A stretch of DNA of 60,076 nt, filler included, from Chloroflexota bacterium (GTDB lineage: Bacteria > Chloroflexota > Chloroflexia > QHBQ01): the NCBI GenBank assembly GCA_043754535.1. It is 2 parts of 2 records of this genome, joined end to end, with 100 filler letters (N's around TTAATTAATTAA, not from the genome) between each part and the next. Parts side by side here need not be neighbours in the genome. Positions count along the whole stretch, not along the records: positions 1 to 30,180 come from JAYUUN010000098.1; 1 more part is not named here. One strand, given 5' to 3'. The notes beneath the pieces were generated by a model. That model was not told the origin of the DNA. It was given only the letters and a program-made list of their open reading frames with translations, and did not search any database. This document shows positions 1 to 8,657 of this stretch, one piece after another. The position numbers were made by a program, and so were the translations under genes. Numbering within the stretch: position 1 is the stretch's first letter; the number at the start of each line of letters is the position of its first letter.

Positions 1-1431
1 GCCCGCTGCGGGGGTGCAGCCGCCCACGAAGACCGCAAGGCGGGCGAACAGTAGCCGCTCCCCTTCGCTCAGCAGGTTGTAGCTCCAATCAATTGCGCCG
101 CGCAAACTCTGCTGGCGTGGGGTCAGGTCGCGCATTGGGCTGGTCAGTACCTTGAGGCGGTTGCTTAGTTGGTCCAGCATCATCTGCGGGCTGAACAGCT
201 TGCTGCGCGCTGCGGCCAGTTCGATAGCCAGGGGTAGGCCATCCAGTTGGCTGCATATTTCGGCCACCGCCCGCGCATTCTCTGGCGTGAGGCGGAAGTC
301 ATGGCGGATCGTCTGCACTCTGGCGACAAAGAGGGCGACCGCTGCATACTGCTCAAGCTCATCGAGGGGCGGCAGTTGCTTGAGGTCAGGCAGGGCCAGG
401 GGCGGCACCGCATACTCCTGCTCGCCGTAGAGGTGCAGCACCTCACGGCTGGTGACCAGCAGCTTGAGGCGTGGGGCAGCGGTGAGCAGTTCGCCAAGTT
501 GGACAGCAGCCTCCACCACCTGCTCAAAGTTGTCCAACACCAGCAGCATCGACCGTTCACGGCCATAAGCCTTAACCGCTTCGCCATAAGGCTGCCCAAC
601 CATCTCCGCCAGATTGAGGGTTTGAGCAACCGGCGCCATCACCAATTTGGGGTCGCTGATCTCCGCGAGCGGAACGAAGTACACGCCGTCTGCGTAATCA
701 TCCAGCAAGGCCGCTGCCACCTGAAGGCTGAGGCGCGTCTTGCCACTACCACCCGGCCCGCCGAGGGTAAGCAGCCGCACATCAGGGCGGCGCAGCAACG
801 CGAGCAGGTCTGTCAGTTCGCTCTCGCGGCCCAGGAAGGATGTGGATTGCAAAGGCAGGTTGTTGGGGTGGGTGTCCAACGTCTTGAGCGGGCCGAAATT
901 GCTATCCAGGCCGGGGGCAGCTAGCTGGTATATTTGCTCTGGCTGAGTCAGGTCTTTTAGCCGCCGCTGACCAAGGTCGCGCAGGCTGAAATCGGGCGGG
1001 AGCAGGTCGCGCAGTAGTTCGCGGGTGGCCGCCGAAACCAACACCTGCCCGCCGTGACCAGCCACTAGCAGGGCAGCCACGCGGTTGATCGTTGGGCCAA
1101 AGTAGTCATCGCTACGCACCTCGGCAGGGCCAGTATGCAGAGCCATTCGCACTCGGAGCGGCTCTACTGGCCCCCAGGCTGCTGTGTGCAGTGCCTGCTG
1201 AGCGGCGGCGGCGGCAGCAAGAGCAGCAGGCGCAGTGGTGAAGGCAGCATAGAAGGCATCGCCGACCGTCTGGAAGATGTGTCCTCCCCATGCCTCGATT
1301 GCCTGGCGCAGCAGCCTATCGTGTAGGGCAAGGGCAGCGTGCATCGCCTGTGGGTGTTGCTCCCAGAGGCGGGTGCTACCCTCAATGTCGGTGTAAAGGA
1401 AGCTCACCGTGCCAGTCGGTAGCTTTGTCAC
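1..1431 (-). CDS. Class III adenylate/guanylate cyclase domain fused to STAND (NB-ARC-like) ATPase; 3' end runs off the window
   Basis: Not in the ORF track because there is no stop in the window. Manual translation from GTG at 1431 (AGGAG upstream) gives MTKLPTGTVSFLYTDIEGSTRLWE...FQTVGDAF...RMALHTG...DYFGPTINRVAALL...NNLPLQSTSFLGRE...LLTLGGPGGSGKTRL (Walker A). Confidence 0.9.
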   Translation of the reverse strand, partial: MTKLPTGTVSFLYTDIEGSTRLWEQHPQAMHAALALHDRLLRQAIEAWGGHIFQTVGDAFYAAFTTAPAALAAAAAAQQALHTAAWGPVEPLRVRMALHTGPAEVRSDDYFGPTINRVAALLVAGHGGQVLVSAATRELLRDLLPPDFSLRDLGQRRLKDLTQPEQIYQLAAPGLDSNFGPLKTLDTHPNNLPLQSTSFLGRESELTDLLALLRRPDVRLLTLGGPGGSGKTRLSLQVAAALLDDYADGVYFVPLAEISDPKLVMAPVAQTLNLAEMVGQPYGEAVKAYGRERSMLLVLDNFEQVVEAAVQLGELLTAAPRLKLLVTSREVLHLYGEQEYAVPPLALPDLKQLPPLDELEQYAAVALFVARVQTIRHDFRLTPENARAVAEICSQLDGLPLAIELAAARSKLFSPQMMLDQLSNRLKVLTSPMRDLTPRQQSLRGAIDWSYNLLSEGERLLFARLAVFVGGCTPAAG

Positions 1432-1584
1432 CCTGCCGCTCCTATCCTGCCTGAGGTTGAGCGGCCTATACAGATAGAGCAGCCCAATCCCTCCATTGCC
1501 GTACCAGGTCGCTCAATCCCTACCCCCCTCGCTTCTGTGCTGTTGGCAGTGTAGCACAGGAGCGGCAGATTGCTGCGGCAACCT

Positions 1585-1615
1585 CTTTACAGAAGGATGT
1601 ACATCCCTTTACAGA
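1585..1615. promoter_or_regulatory. Putative transcription-factor site: two CTTTACAGA direct repeats (22 bp apart) flanking the palindrome GGATGTACATCC
   Basis: Repeats at 1585-1593 and 1607-1615, palindrome at 1595-1606. It lies just upstream of a minus-strand extended -10 (TGcTACACT, about 1548-1556). Confidence 0.5.
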
Positions 1616-1656
1616 TCGCTATTTAGCCACCAGCCCTGCGGTTAGCGAGCCAGCTG

Positions 1657-2511
1657 CTACTGCTCGCGCCGCTCCACCCGTGCTTCACGAATCGCGTCGT
1701 AGTTGACCTGCCGCTTCTCGTGGAAGGCGGCCAGCCCCTCGCGCACCTCGGCGGAGTCGGCGTTGACACTGAGCCAGTCACGGGCGTGACCAACCGTCAT
1801 GCTCCAGGAGAAGTCGCGCCAGAAGTTGGTCTGCTGTTTGGCATAGCGCATAATGTTGGGCAAGCGATCCATTAGTTTCGCCACCATTGCGTCCACTGCT
1901 GCGTCGAGTGCAGTAGCAGGAACGACCTGGTTGATCAGCCCCCAGTCCAGAGCCTTCGCCGCCGATACGTCTTCGCAGAGCCAGAGCATCTCCCTTGCGC
2001 GGCGGTCACCGATAATGATCGGCAGCCACTGGGTCGCGCCGCCTGCTGGCACGCTGCCCCGCGCCGTGCCAACCTGCCGAAAGATTGCATGGTCGGCAGC
2101 AATCGCCAGGTCGCAGGCCATGTTGAACTCGTTGCCACCGCCCACCGCCATGCCGTTAATCCGCGCTACTGTCGGCTTGCCAATATTGCGGAGGCGGTCG
2201 TGTGCGTCGATAAACGCGCCCATCCACTTCCAGTAGTCATGGGGGCGTTGCTCAAACTTCATCTGCTCATCAAGGTCGGCCCCGGTGCAGAACGCCTTGT
2301 CGCCTGCACCAGTCAGCACCAGGACAGCCACCTCGTCGTCCCAGGAGGCATCGAGAAAGGCGCGAGCCATCTCGCTGAGGGTCTGGAAGTTGAAGGCGTT
2401 GTAGACTTCAGGCCGGTTGAGCGTCACCGTCGCCCGCCCCGCCGCTTTGGTGTAGATGATGCTTTGGAAGTCAAGTTCCTCTGGCGGCAGACCGCGTGGA
2501 TAGTCTAGCAT
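1657..2511 (-). CDS. Crotonase-family enoyl-CoA hydratase/hydrolase (Oah/BadI/MenB-like ring-opening subgroup)
   Basis: Motifs LNRPEVYNAF, AFCTGAD, ARINGMAVGGGNE, ACDLAIAA and QVGTARGSVPAGGATQWLP. Confidence 0.85.
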   Translation of the reverse strand: MLDYPRGLPPEELDFQSIIYTKAAGRATVTLNRPEVYNAFNFQTLSEMARAFLDASWDDEVAVLVLTGAGDKAFCTGADLDEQMKFEQRPHDYWKWMGAFIDAHDRLRNIGKPTVARINGMAVGGGNEFNMACDLAIAADHAIFRQVGTARGSVPAGGATQWLPIIIGDRRAREMLWLCEDVSAAKALDWGLINQVVPATALDAAVDAMVAKLMDRLPNIMRYAKQQTNFWRDFSWSMTVGHARDWLSVNADSAEVREGLAAFHEKRQVNYDAIREARVERREQ

Positions 2512-2512
2512 C

Positions 2513-2824
2513 TCAGGCTTCTTCCTCGGCGTAGAGCATAGTCACATAGTCGCGGGCGAAGCTCATCAGGTCTTTGCCCGCCGCCCGGTTCTCGGCACTT
2601 GCCATGCCAGTATCGAAGCTACCCTTGTCCGCGAAGTACATCTCGGCCATGCGGTAGTAGGGGGCTTCCTGCCCAGGGCGCAGGCTAGTCAGCTTCGTCG
2701 CCGCGAAGCGCACCATACCTGGCACTTGGCGAATCAAGGGTAGGTGGGTGTTGAGGTAATGATCCTCAAAGGCGGTCAGGTTCTCTGCACCAGGGTGCTT
2801 AAACAATGCTACCAGCTTAACCAT
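2513..2824 (-). CDS. EthD family protein
   Basis: MVKLVALFKHP...FEDHYLNTHLPL...PG...MAEMYF. The ATG at 2824 has an AAGGAG RBS, so it is preferred to the ORF-track start at 2860. Confidence 0.85.
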   Translation of the reverse strand: MVKLVALFKHPGAENLTAFEDHYLNTHLPLIRQVPGMVRFAATKLTSLRPGQEAPYYRMAEMYFADKGSFDTGMASAENRAAGKDLMSFARDYVTMLYAEEEA

Positions 2825-3041
2825 TGTCGGCTTGCTCCTTTTTGTCGTTGCGTTGGTCATCCTTGACCAGCCCGCTCTGTGGCGGCGAGCGCGTCTGTGT
2901 AAGCCTATCTTAGCACGATACGAGGGTGGCTGGCAAGCCAGGGTTGCGGCTGCCGCTCAAGGGCTGTGGCGCACAGCTACCGAGCGGCATCAAGCCCCAA
3001 CCGCTTTTCAGCCTTATCGATGTGCAAGCCACTCTGCTTTG

Positions 3042-3050
3042 TGCTATAAT
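3042..3050 (+). promoter_or_regulatory. Extended -10 promoter element (TGcTATAAT)
   Basis: Exact match 27 nt upstream of the ATG at 3078. Confidence 0.55.
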
Positions 3051-3077
3051 GAGAGCAATAGAGATCAGAGGAATGGT

Positions 3078-3563
3078 ATGCTAAACGACAACCGCGACCT
3101 GTTCATCCACCGCCTCGTCACCTCCGCCGAGGAGTTTGCCTGGGCAATGCAATGCCTGCCGCCCAACCGCTATTTTGTGGTCCCTCCCGATTGGACGCAA
3201 CTGGGTGAGCAGTCGCCGCAGCGGGTGCTAGACCAGTTGAACAACTTTGAGCGCGAATTGACGGTGCCAACCCTGCGCTACGTAATGGAGATGGGGCCAG
3301 CCCTCAGCTTTGCCGCCGAGGAGAAAGATCGCTGGGACATACCGCGTCCAGAGAAATCGATCAGCGACCTGATCGAGGAGCTACGCCGCCTGCGCTCAAC
3401 CGAGTGCGCCTTCATCGCCCGCCTCTCGCCACAGCAGTGGGGCCAACCCTATACTACTCCCTGGGGAGCAGTCAGTATGCGTTGGGTGACGCACAAAACC
3501 TATCAGAACACGATAGAGCAGGCCAGTACGATCAACGGCATCGTCCTCGCCTCTATCGTTTGA
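3078..3563 (+). CDS. DinB/YfiT-superfamily-like protein
   Basis: Helical pattern LGEQSPQRVLDQLNNFERE...LSPQQWGQPYTTPWGAVSMRWVTHKTYQNTIEQ. GAGGA RBS before the ATG at 3078. Confidence 0.6.
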   Translation: MLNDNRDLFIHRLVTSAEEFAWAMQCLPPNRYFVVPPDWTQLGEQSPQRVLDQLNNFERELTVPTLRYVMEMGPALSFAAEEKDRWDIPRPEKSISDLIEELRRLRSTECAFIARLSPQQWGQPYTTPWGAVSMRWVTHKTYQNTIEQASTINGIVLASIV

Positions 3564-3610
3564 TTGAGAGCCAGCTAACCAGGTGGCTAACCCACATTCG
3601 GCCAAAAAGT

Positions 3611-3632
3611 AGCCCCCTCAAACAAGGGGGCT
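3611..3632. terminator. Probable bidirectional intrinsic terminator
   Basis: Perfect stem AGCCCCCT/AGGGGGCT flanked by AAAAA and TTTATT, between convergent genes. Confidence 0.7.
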
Positions 3633-3665
3633 GTTTATTAGTGTTTATCTCAAGCGTCTGTACTC

Positions 3666-4016
3666 TCAACCGCCAGTGGTGGGTAGGCCAGGGCCGCCTG
3701 TGCGGAGCCGTTCGAGAGCGTGGGCCTGGATATCGGTCGGCGAGGCACCGATAGTCTGCTGCGGGTCACGGCCTGCGTCGTCGCTCTCCTCTGGGTGGTC
3801 AAAGAAGACTTGTTCGCCGCTGGGGTTGCCCTCGCCCACGTCTTGATGGTCACGGGTGCCGAGCGGGTTGTTAGCGATAGCCAGCGAGTCGCCTGCCTTG
3901 TCCTCTGGGCGAGTGAGTAGCACCCCCTCGTCGTTGGCAGCGGCGAAGGTGCCACTGTCCTGATCCTGCGGGTCGTAGTCACCGGAGGCAGGATCGCCTA
4001 CTGGTTGGTTGTCCAC
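3666..4016 (-). CDS. Hypothetical acidic, probably disordered protein (116 aa)
   Basis: D/E/G/P/Q-rich ORF with GAGG RBS upstream of a GTG start. Confidence 0.6.
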   Translation of the reverse strand: MDNQPVGDPASGDYDPQDQDSGTFAAANDEGVLLTRPEDKAGDSLAIANNPLGTRDHQDVGEGNPSGEQVFFDHPEESDDAGRDPQQTIGASPTDIQAHALERLRTGGPGLPTTGG

Positions 4017-4040
4017 TGCTTACCTCTTTCTAGCGGTCGT

Positions 4041-4313
4041 TCAACCGCCACTTTGGATGCGGCCAAGTATCGTAGCTTGTGCTTCCTTGTCCAACTCCTG
4101 GTCACGAGTCTGATCTTCAAGCTCCAGGTGGTCGCTGAAAATCGTTGTGCCACCCTCAACCTTCGCCTGTGGGTCGTTGTTGAGGTCGGGCATAGATAGC
4201 GGGCGGATGCGACTGCCCCCTTCGGTGGTGTCGGCGATAGTGGCTTCGGGGTTGGCGAAGCCCTGCTGCTCAACGGTGTCCGCGTCGTGGCGGCGGTCGG
4301 CCTGGTCATCCAT
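4041..4313 (-). CDS. Hypothetical acidic, probably disordered protein (90 aa)
   Basis: Strong GAGGAGG RBS before the ATG; D/E/Q/T-rich. Confidence 0.65.
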   Translation of the reverse strand: MDDQADRRHDADTVEQQGFANPEATIADTTEGGSRIRPLSMPDLNNDPQAKVEGGTTIFSDHLELEDQTRDQELDKEAQATILGRIQSGG

Positions 4314-4391
4314 AGTTGCTACCTCCTCTGGCGAAAAGCAAAGGCCATCCCAACGGAGCGGCCCTGGCTGCTTGATTAAGATACTAGCGTG

Positions 4392-5261
4392 TCAAGCAGT
4401 GTGGCGTTGGCGTAGGGCCAGACCACTGGCTAGCAGCACGATGCTGAGGGCAATAAGGATCATTCCAATTTCCGGGCCACCGCTGCCAGTAGTAGGCATG
4501 GTGTTAGTTGCCCCAGCACTGTCGCTGCTGGTTGGTGCCATCATCGCGGTGGTAGCAGTCGGGGCAGCAGTCGCCAGAGCCTCGGCAGTGGCAGGAGCTT
4601 GCTGCACTTGACCCACGGCATAGAGAGCCATGTTCTGGAAGCCCTCGCTGGGCGCAGGCCCGACGGTGCCGAAAGGCAGGTAGAGGCTGAGGGCAGTAGT
4701 GCCAGTGTTGGTGACAACCAACTCGCCTTCGCCGTAGAAGCTGGCCCCTGCGGGCTGCTGGTCAATGGCGCGGAAGTTCTCGATGCGGGCCTGCACCTGG
4801 TTGGCCTGGGTTGCCTGCACCAGCGAGGCCGAAGCACCTACGTTTGCGTCTGTGTAGCTGCCCTGGGCGGCATTGACAATCTCTTGGGCAACATTGTGGT
4901 TGCTCTCACCAATAACACTGTCGTGCCAGGTGTTGTCGCGCAGATACCACATCGCCAGCCCAGTCTGCTTGTAGTTGTTGTCAGCGTAGCCCTTCTCGAA
5001 GGCGTAGGCCAGGGCCGAACTGACACGCGGATCGGTGCCAGCTTTCAGGTCAAGTGAGCCAGTAGGGAACTTCTTGCTAAAGTCAATGCAGTAGCCACGC
5101 ACAGCGGTGCGGAAGCTCTGACCCGCCTCGACGCGGAACTGGAAGGGGGTTGGCGCAGCGGTGAGGCTGCGGCTGGGGCTGGCGGCGGCCTGACCGAGGG
5201 TGAGGGCGAAGGTCAACACGAGGGCCGCAAAGATAGCGGCAGAGAAACGGGCAGTCTTCAT
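4392..5261 (-). CDS. Secreted cell-wall-anchored protein with LPXTG-like signal and putative thioester (TED-like) domain
   Basis: N-terminal signal peptide; single Cys in GYCIDF; QTGLAMWY; GFQNMA; A/T/P linker; C-terminal MPTTG, hydrophobic helix and RQRH tail. Confidence 0.75.
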   Translation of the reverse strand: MKTARFSAAIFAALVLTFALTLGQAAASPSRSLTAAPTPFQFRVEAGQSFRTAVRGYCIDFSKKFPTGSLDLKAGTDPRVSSALAYAFEKGYADNNYKQTGLAMWYLRDNTWHDSVIGESNHNVAQEIVNAAQGSYTDANVGASASLVQATQANQVQARIENFRAIDQQPAGASFYGEGELVVTNTGTTALSLYLPFGTVGPAPSEGFQNMALYAVGQVQQAPATAEALATAAPTATTAMMAPTSSDSAGATNTMPTTGSGGPEIGMILIALSIVLLASGLALRQRHTA

Positions 5262-5457
5262 CTAATATGCTCCTGTTTAGTAATGGTTAGCCAATGAGGT
5301 CTCTTACCTCTGTCCGTTAGAACGCCTTTGCCACGTTGCCGTTATGCTTGCTGGCACCAGGTGTTCAACTTGCTACTTTGCCTTGTCAGGCTGGCTGGGA
5401 GCGCACGATCTAGTGGCCTGCACCGTTACTTATTGCGAGCTAAACAGGGAGATCGCC

Positions 5458-5931
5458 ATGCCGTGGCTGCTGCGTCGTAGCAAGAAGAAGGAGAGCAACG
5501 CCCAACCAGCATTGCCAGAGAGCGTTACGCTGCTGCCCGACCCGCCAGCCCGCCGCGTGTTGCTGATCGACGACGACGAGAGCATTCGCCTTTACGTCAG
5601 CGAGTTGTTGGCTAGCGAAGGCTATGCAGTGCAGGGGGCGGGCGACGCAGACTCCGCCGAACTCGCACTAGAGCGGTTCAAGCCCCAACTGATCCTGCTC
5701 GACATCATGATCCCTGGCATGGACGGTCAGGAGATCAGCTACGAACTGCGCCGCCACCCTGCCACGCGCAATATCCCCCTGATCCTGGTCAGTGGCGACC
5801 GCCTGCTAGCCAGCAAGGCGGCGAAGGTGCGCGCCGATGCTTACCTGAGCAAGCCATTTGGCGCAGACGATTTGCTGACCCTGGTTGCCCGCTTCCTCCA
5901 GCCTGACAGCGAAGCAGCCTCCCTGGACTGA
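5458..5931 (+). CDS. Single-domain response regulator (REC)
   Basis: VLLIDDD, LILLDIMIPGMDG, YLSKPF. AGGGAG RBS before the ATG at 5458. Confidence 0.9.
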   Translation: MPWLLRRSKKKESNAQPALPESVTLLPDPPARRVLLIDDDESIRLYVSELLASEGYAVQGAGDADSAELALERFKPQLILLDIMIPGMDGQEISYELRRHPATRNIPLILVSGDRLLASKAAKVRADAYLSKPFGADDLLTLVARFLQPDSEAASLD

Positions 5932-5956
5932 TGCCTTCTAGTCGTAGCCCTGGCTG

Positions 5957-7309
5957 CTACTTGAACAGCACCTTGCGGCTGCTGGGTAGTACCTCCACCC
6001 AGGTGTTGCCCCGGTTGAAGGCGACGGGGCTGCCATCGGCGTAGGTGAAGGTAAGTGGATCGCTCTGCCCCGGCTTCTGCCACTTGCCGAGGCGCAACTG
6101 ACCGTCAATGGCAAACAGCGCGTCACCCTTACCACTGGTGGCAACCTCGATCCGCAGTTTCTCGTCACCAATCAGTGGGGCAGTGGTAGCAAAGAGGATA
6201 GCGACATTGTGGGCGGTCAGTTGTTCGCCGCTGATCAGGTCGCTGTGCGGGCCGCCCCACTGCGAACGAAGATAGCGGTTGGTGGCGAAGTCGTACTTCC
6301 ATAGCACGTCAGAGCGGTTGGCATCGCTGAAGCTGAAACTGATCGTGGTACTGACTGGGGGGGTCGCTGGCGGTTGGTCGGCCTTGTGCTGCCAGCCTGC
6401 TGTTTGCAGCGGCGAAGGGCTAGAGAGTTGCTGCTGGCTGAGGTAGGCGCGCAGGCTGCTGCTCTTGGCATAGAGGTTGTGCGGAGCCAGGCGGGCTGTG
6501 CTACGCCAGGAAGGGCCAGCCTCCAGCAAGTCAAGATTGAGGAGGTCGTGGGCCGGGTTGGTCAGGTAGTCTAGGGCCGCAGGGCTGCCACCCGCGTGGA
6601 CGTAGAGAGGGCTATAGGGCAACGCATACTCTACGAAGTAGATGCGCGAGCTACGCACTGGCCCAATCTCGGCTACCTCACCACTGCTGCCATCAAAGAT
6701 GGCGGCGAAGCGGGTGATCCCCCCCTCCGCCAGTGCCTCGTACACCAGGCTGGCGTGGTCAAGGCCCGACTGCGGGGCTGCATCCCAGTGGTTGTCGATC
6801 ATCACCAATAGCGGGCGTAGGTTCGCCTCCTCTGCACTGATCTCCAGCCCTGTCAGGCTGTCGCGGTAGATGATCGCGGTGGGGACTGGCGTGGGGGTGC
6901 TGGTTGGGCCAGGGGTGAGGCTGGGTGGCAGGCGCAGGATCACTGCGCCCTCAGTTGCCAGGGGCGGTGGGGTGGCTAGCTCCTCGGTTGCCAGGGGCGG
7001 TTGGGCTGGCAAGGGGTTGTTGGCTGGGGCGGTGGCGGGCTGGCTGGTTGACGTGGTAGGAGCAGCCAGGCTGGAGCGGCTGGCGGCGGTCGACGTGGCT
7101 AGCAGGCCGAGATTGACCGGCGAACTATTGGCGGTGGGAGAGTTGCCAGCCAGCCAGTAGGTGAGGCTACCGAGCAGCAGCATGACCACCAACCCCAGCC
7201 CCAGCAGCGGCGCAACCTGTCCGCCCGCTCCCCCCTCAGCGACCACTACGTTGCTATGTTCAAAGCGGCTGCCCGGCTGCTCGTCTGCTGCCACGCCCAT
7301 CCCTCCCAC
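5957..7309 (-). CDS. DUF3048 (YerB-like) membrane-anchored protein
   Basis: TM helix, P/T/A linker, then RPLLVMIDN, PQSGL, VYEALAEGGITRF, GPVRSSR and APHNLY. Confidence 0.85.
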   Translation of the reverse strand: MGGMGVAADEQPGSRFEHSNVVVAEGGAGGQVAPLLGLGLVVMLLLGSLTYWLAGNSPTANSSPVNLGLLATSTAASRSSLAAPTTSTSQPATAPANNPLPAQPPLATEELATPPPLATEGAVILRLPPSLTPGPTSTPTPVPTAIIYRDSLTGLEISAEEANLRPLLVMIDNHWDAAPQSGLDHASLVYEALAEGGITRFAAIFDGSSGEVAEIGPVRSSRIYFVEYALPYSPLYVHAGGSPAALDYLTNPAHDLLNLDLLEAGPSWRSTARLAPHNLYAKSSSLRAYLSQQQLSSPSPLQTAGWQHKADQPPATPPVSTTISFSFSDANRSDVLWKYDFATNRYLRSQWGGPHSDLISGEQLTAHNVAILFATTAPLIGDEKLRIEVATSGKGDALFAIDGQLRLGKWQKPGQSDPLTFTYADGSPVAFNRGNTWVEVLPSSRKVLFK

Positions 7310-7403
7310 TCTGCTTCTGCACCCTCATTGTACACGTTATGTCAAGGATCAGCAATTGGAGAAGGAGGCTGGGGTGGTTTGTTTGTAGGAGCGAGCCACC
7401 AGG

Positions 7404-8483
7404 TTATGCGCTTACGGGGTTCGGCTCGACTGGCTGTTGCAGGCCGAGGGCGAGGATGCTGACCTGCGCCGCCAGCCCGCGTGAGATATGGTGGAAGGTG
7501 GCACTCTGCGGGCCATCCTCTTGCAGGGTGATCGGCTGACCACTGTCACCGCCGATGCGGATCGCCATGTCCAGCGGCACTTCGCCGAGGAAAGGAACCT
7601 CCGTCCGCTCTGCTGCCGCTCGCGCCCCACCATGCCCGAAAATCTCGATCTTCTGACCGTCAGGGGCAACGAAGTAGCTCATGTTCTCGACGATACCGAG
7701 GATCGGTACATCCAGCTTGAGGAACATATTCAGGGCTTTCATTGCGTCCATCAGGGCCACGTCCTGTGGGGTGCTGACGATTAGCGCGCCAGTGAGCGGC
7801 ATGGACTGGGCAAGGGTAAGCTGCACATCACCGGTGCCAGGCGGCAGGTCAAGCACGAGGTAATCGATCTCGCCCCACTCTACATCGTAGAGGAACTGCT
7901 GCAACATCTTGGCTAGCATGGGGCCGCGCCAGATAATCGGGTCGCCGTCGGCCACGAAGAAGCCCATGCTCATCACCTTGAGGCCGTAGCGTTCGACTGG
8001 CATGATCTTGCCATTGGCGGGCTTCGGTTTATCAGTGATGCCGAGCATCAGGGGGACGTTGGGGCCATGGATGTCTGCGTCCAGCAAGCCGACCCGTGCG
8101 CCGTCCTGGGCAAGGGCGAGGGCGAGATTGACGGAGACGGTGCTTTTGCCCACCCCACCCTTGCCGCTGCCGACCGCGATGGTGTTACGCACGCCGGGGA
8201 TCGCCACCTTGTTTGCGCCGATACGGTTTTGAGGCACGCGGCTGGTAACTTCGACCAGGATCGCATCTACGCCCGCAATGCTGCCAATTGCTTCTTCGCA
8301 GGCGGCCTTCATCTGCTCCTTGATTGGGCAGGCGGGGGTAGTCAGCACCAGGGTCATGCTTACATCGTTGCCCACGATCTGCAAGTTCTCGACCATGCCG
8401 AGGCTGACTATATCACGATGGAGGTCGGGGTCAACTACGCGGGACAGGGCGCGCATTATATCTTTCTCCAAAATCTGCGCCAT
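7404..8483 (-). CDS. mrp: Mrp/NBP35/ApbC Fe-S cluster carrier ATPase
   Basis: N-terminal DUF59-like LTTPACP, GSGKGGVGKST, DADIHGP, WRGPM, DLPPGTGD and VENMS. Confidence 0.95.
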   Translation of the reverse strand: MAQILEKDIMRALSRVVDPDLHRDIVSLGMVENLQIVGNDVSMTLVLTTPACPIKEQMKAACEEAIGSIAGVDAILVEVTSRVPQNRIGANKVAIPGVRNTIAVGSGKGGVGKSTVSVNLALALAQDGARVGLLDADIHGPNVPLMLGITDKPKPANGKIMPVERYGLKVMSMGFFVADGDPIIWRGPMLAKMLQQFLYDVEWGEIDYLVLDLPPGTGDVQLTLAQSMPLTGALIVSTPQDVALMDAMKALNMFLKLDVPILGIVENMSYFVAPDGQKIEIFGHGGARAAAERTEVPFLGEVPLDMAIRIGGDSGQPITLQEDGPQSATFHHISRGLAAQVSILALGLQQPVEPNPVSA

Positions 8484-8569
8484 TTATTAGCTTCTCCGCT
8501 CTGTTTGAGTTTACAACTGGCTGGTTGTGGACGGTTTAGGGGGCGCAATGAGCGCGCCCGCATAGCATG

Positions 8570-8621
8570 ATTATACCCGTTTGTGAGAGATTTGACAATC
8601 TGGCACGGGATGTGCTAAATT
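8570..8621. promoter_or_regulatory. Back-to-back overlapping promoters for mrp (-) and the 8658 ORF (+), with an embedded sigma54-like motif
   Basis: Minus strand: TTGTCA-N17-TATAAT (8598..8570). Plus strand: TTGACA (8592-8597)-N18-TAAATT with TG extension. CTGGCACGGGATGTGC (GG-N10-GC) at 8600-8615. Confidence 0.6.
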
Positions 8622-8657
8622 AAGGCAACGATTAGGGGCTATAAAGGAGGGTTTGTC

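Noticed and set aside
152..1385. ORF-track ORFs 152-430, 180-629, 247-924, 740-946, 1135-1326 and 1164-1385
   Set aside because: Shadows of the real minus-strand cyclase-ATPase gene, which the track missed because it lacks a stop in the window.
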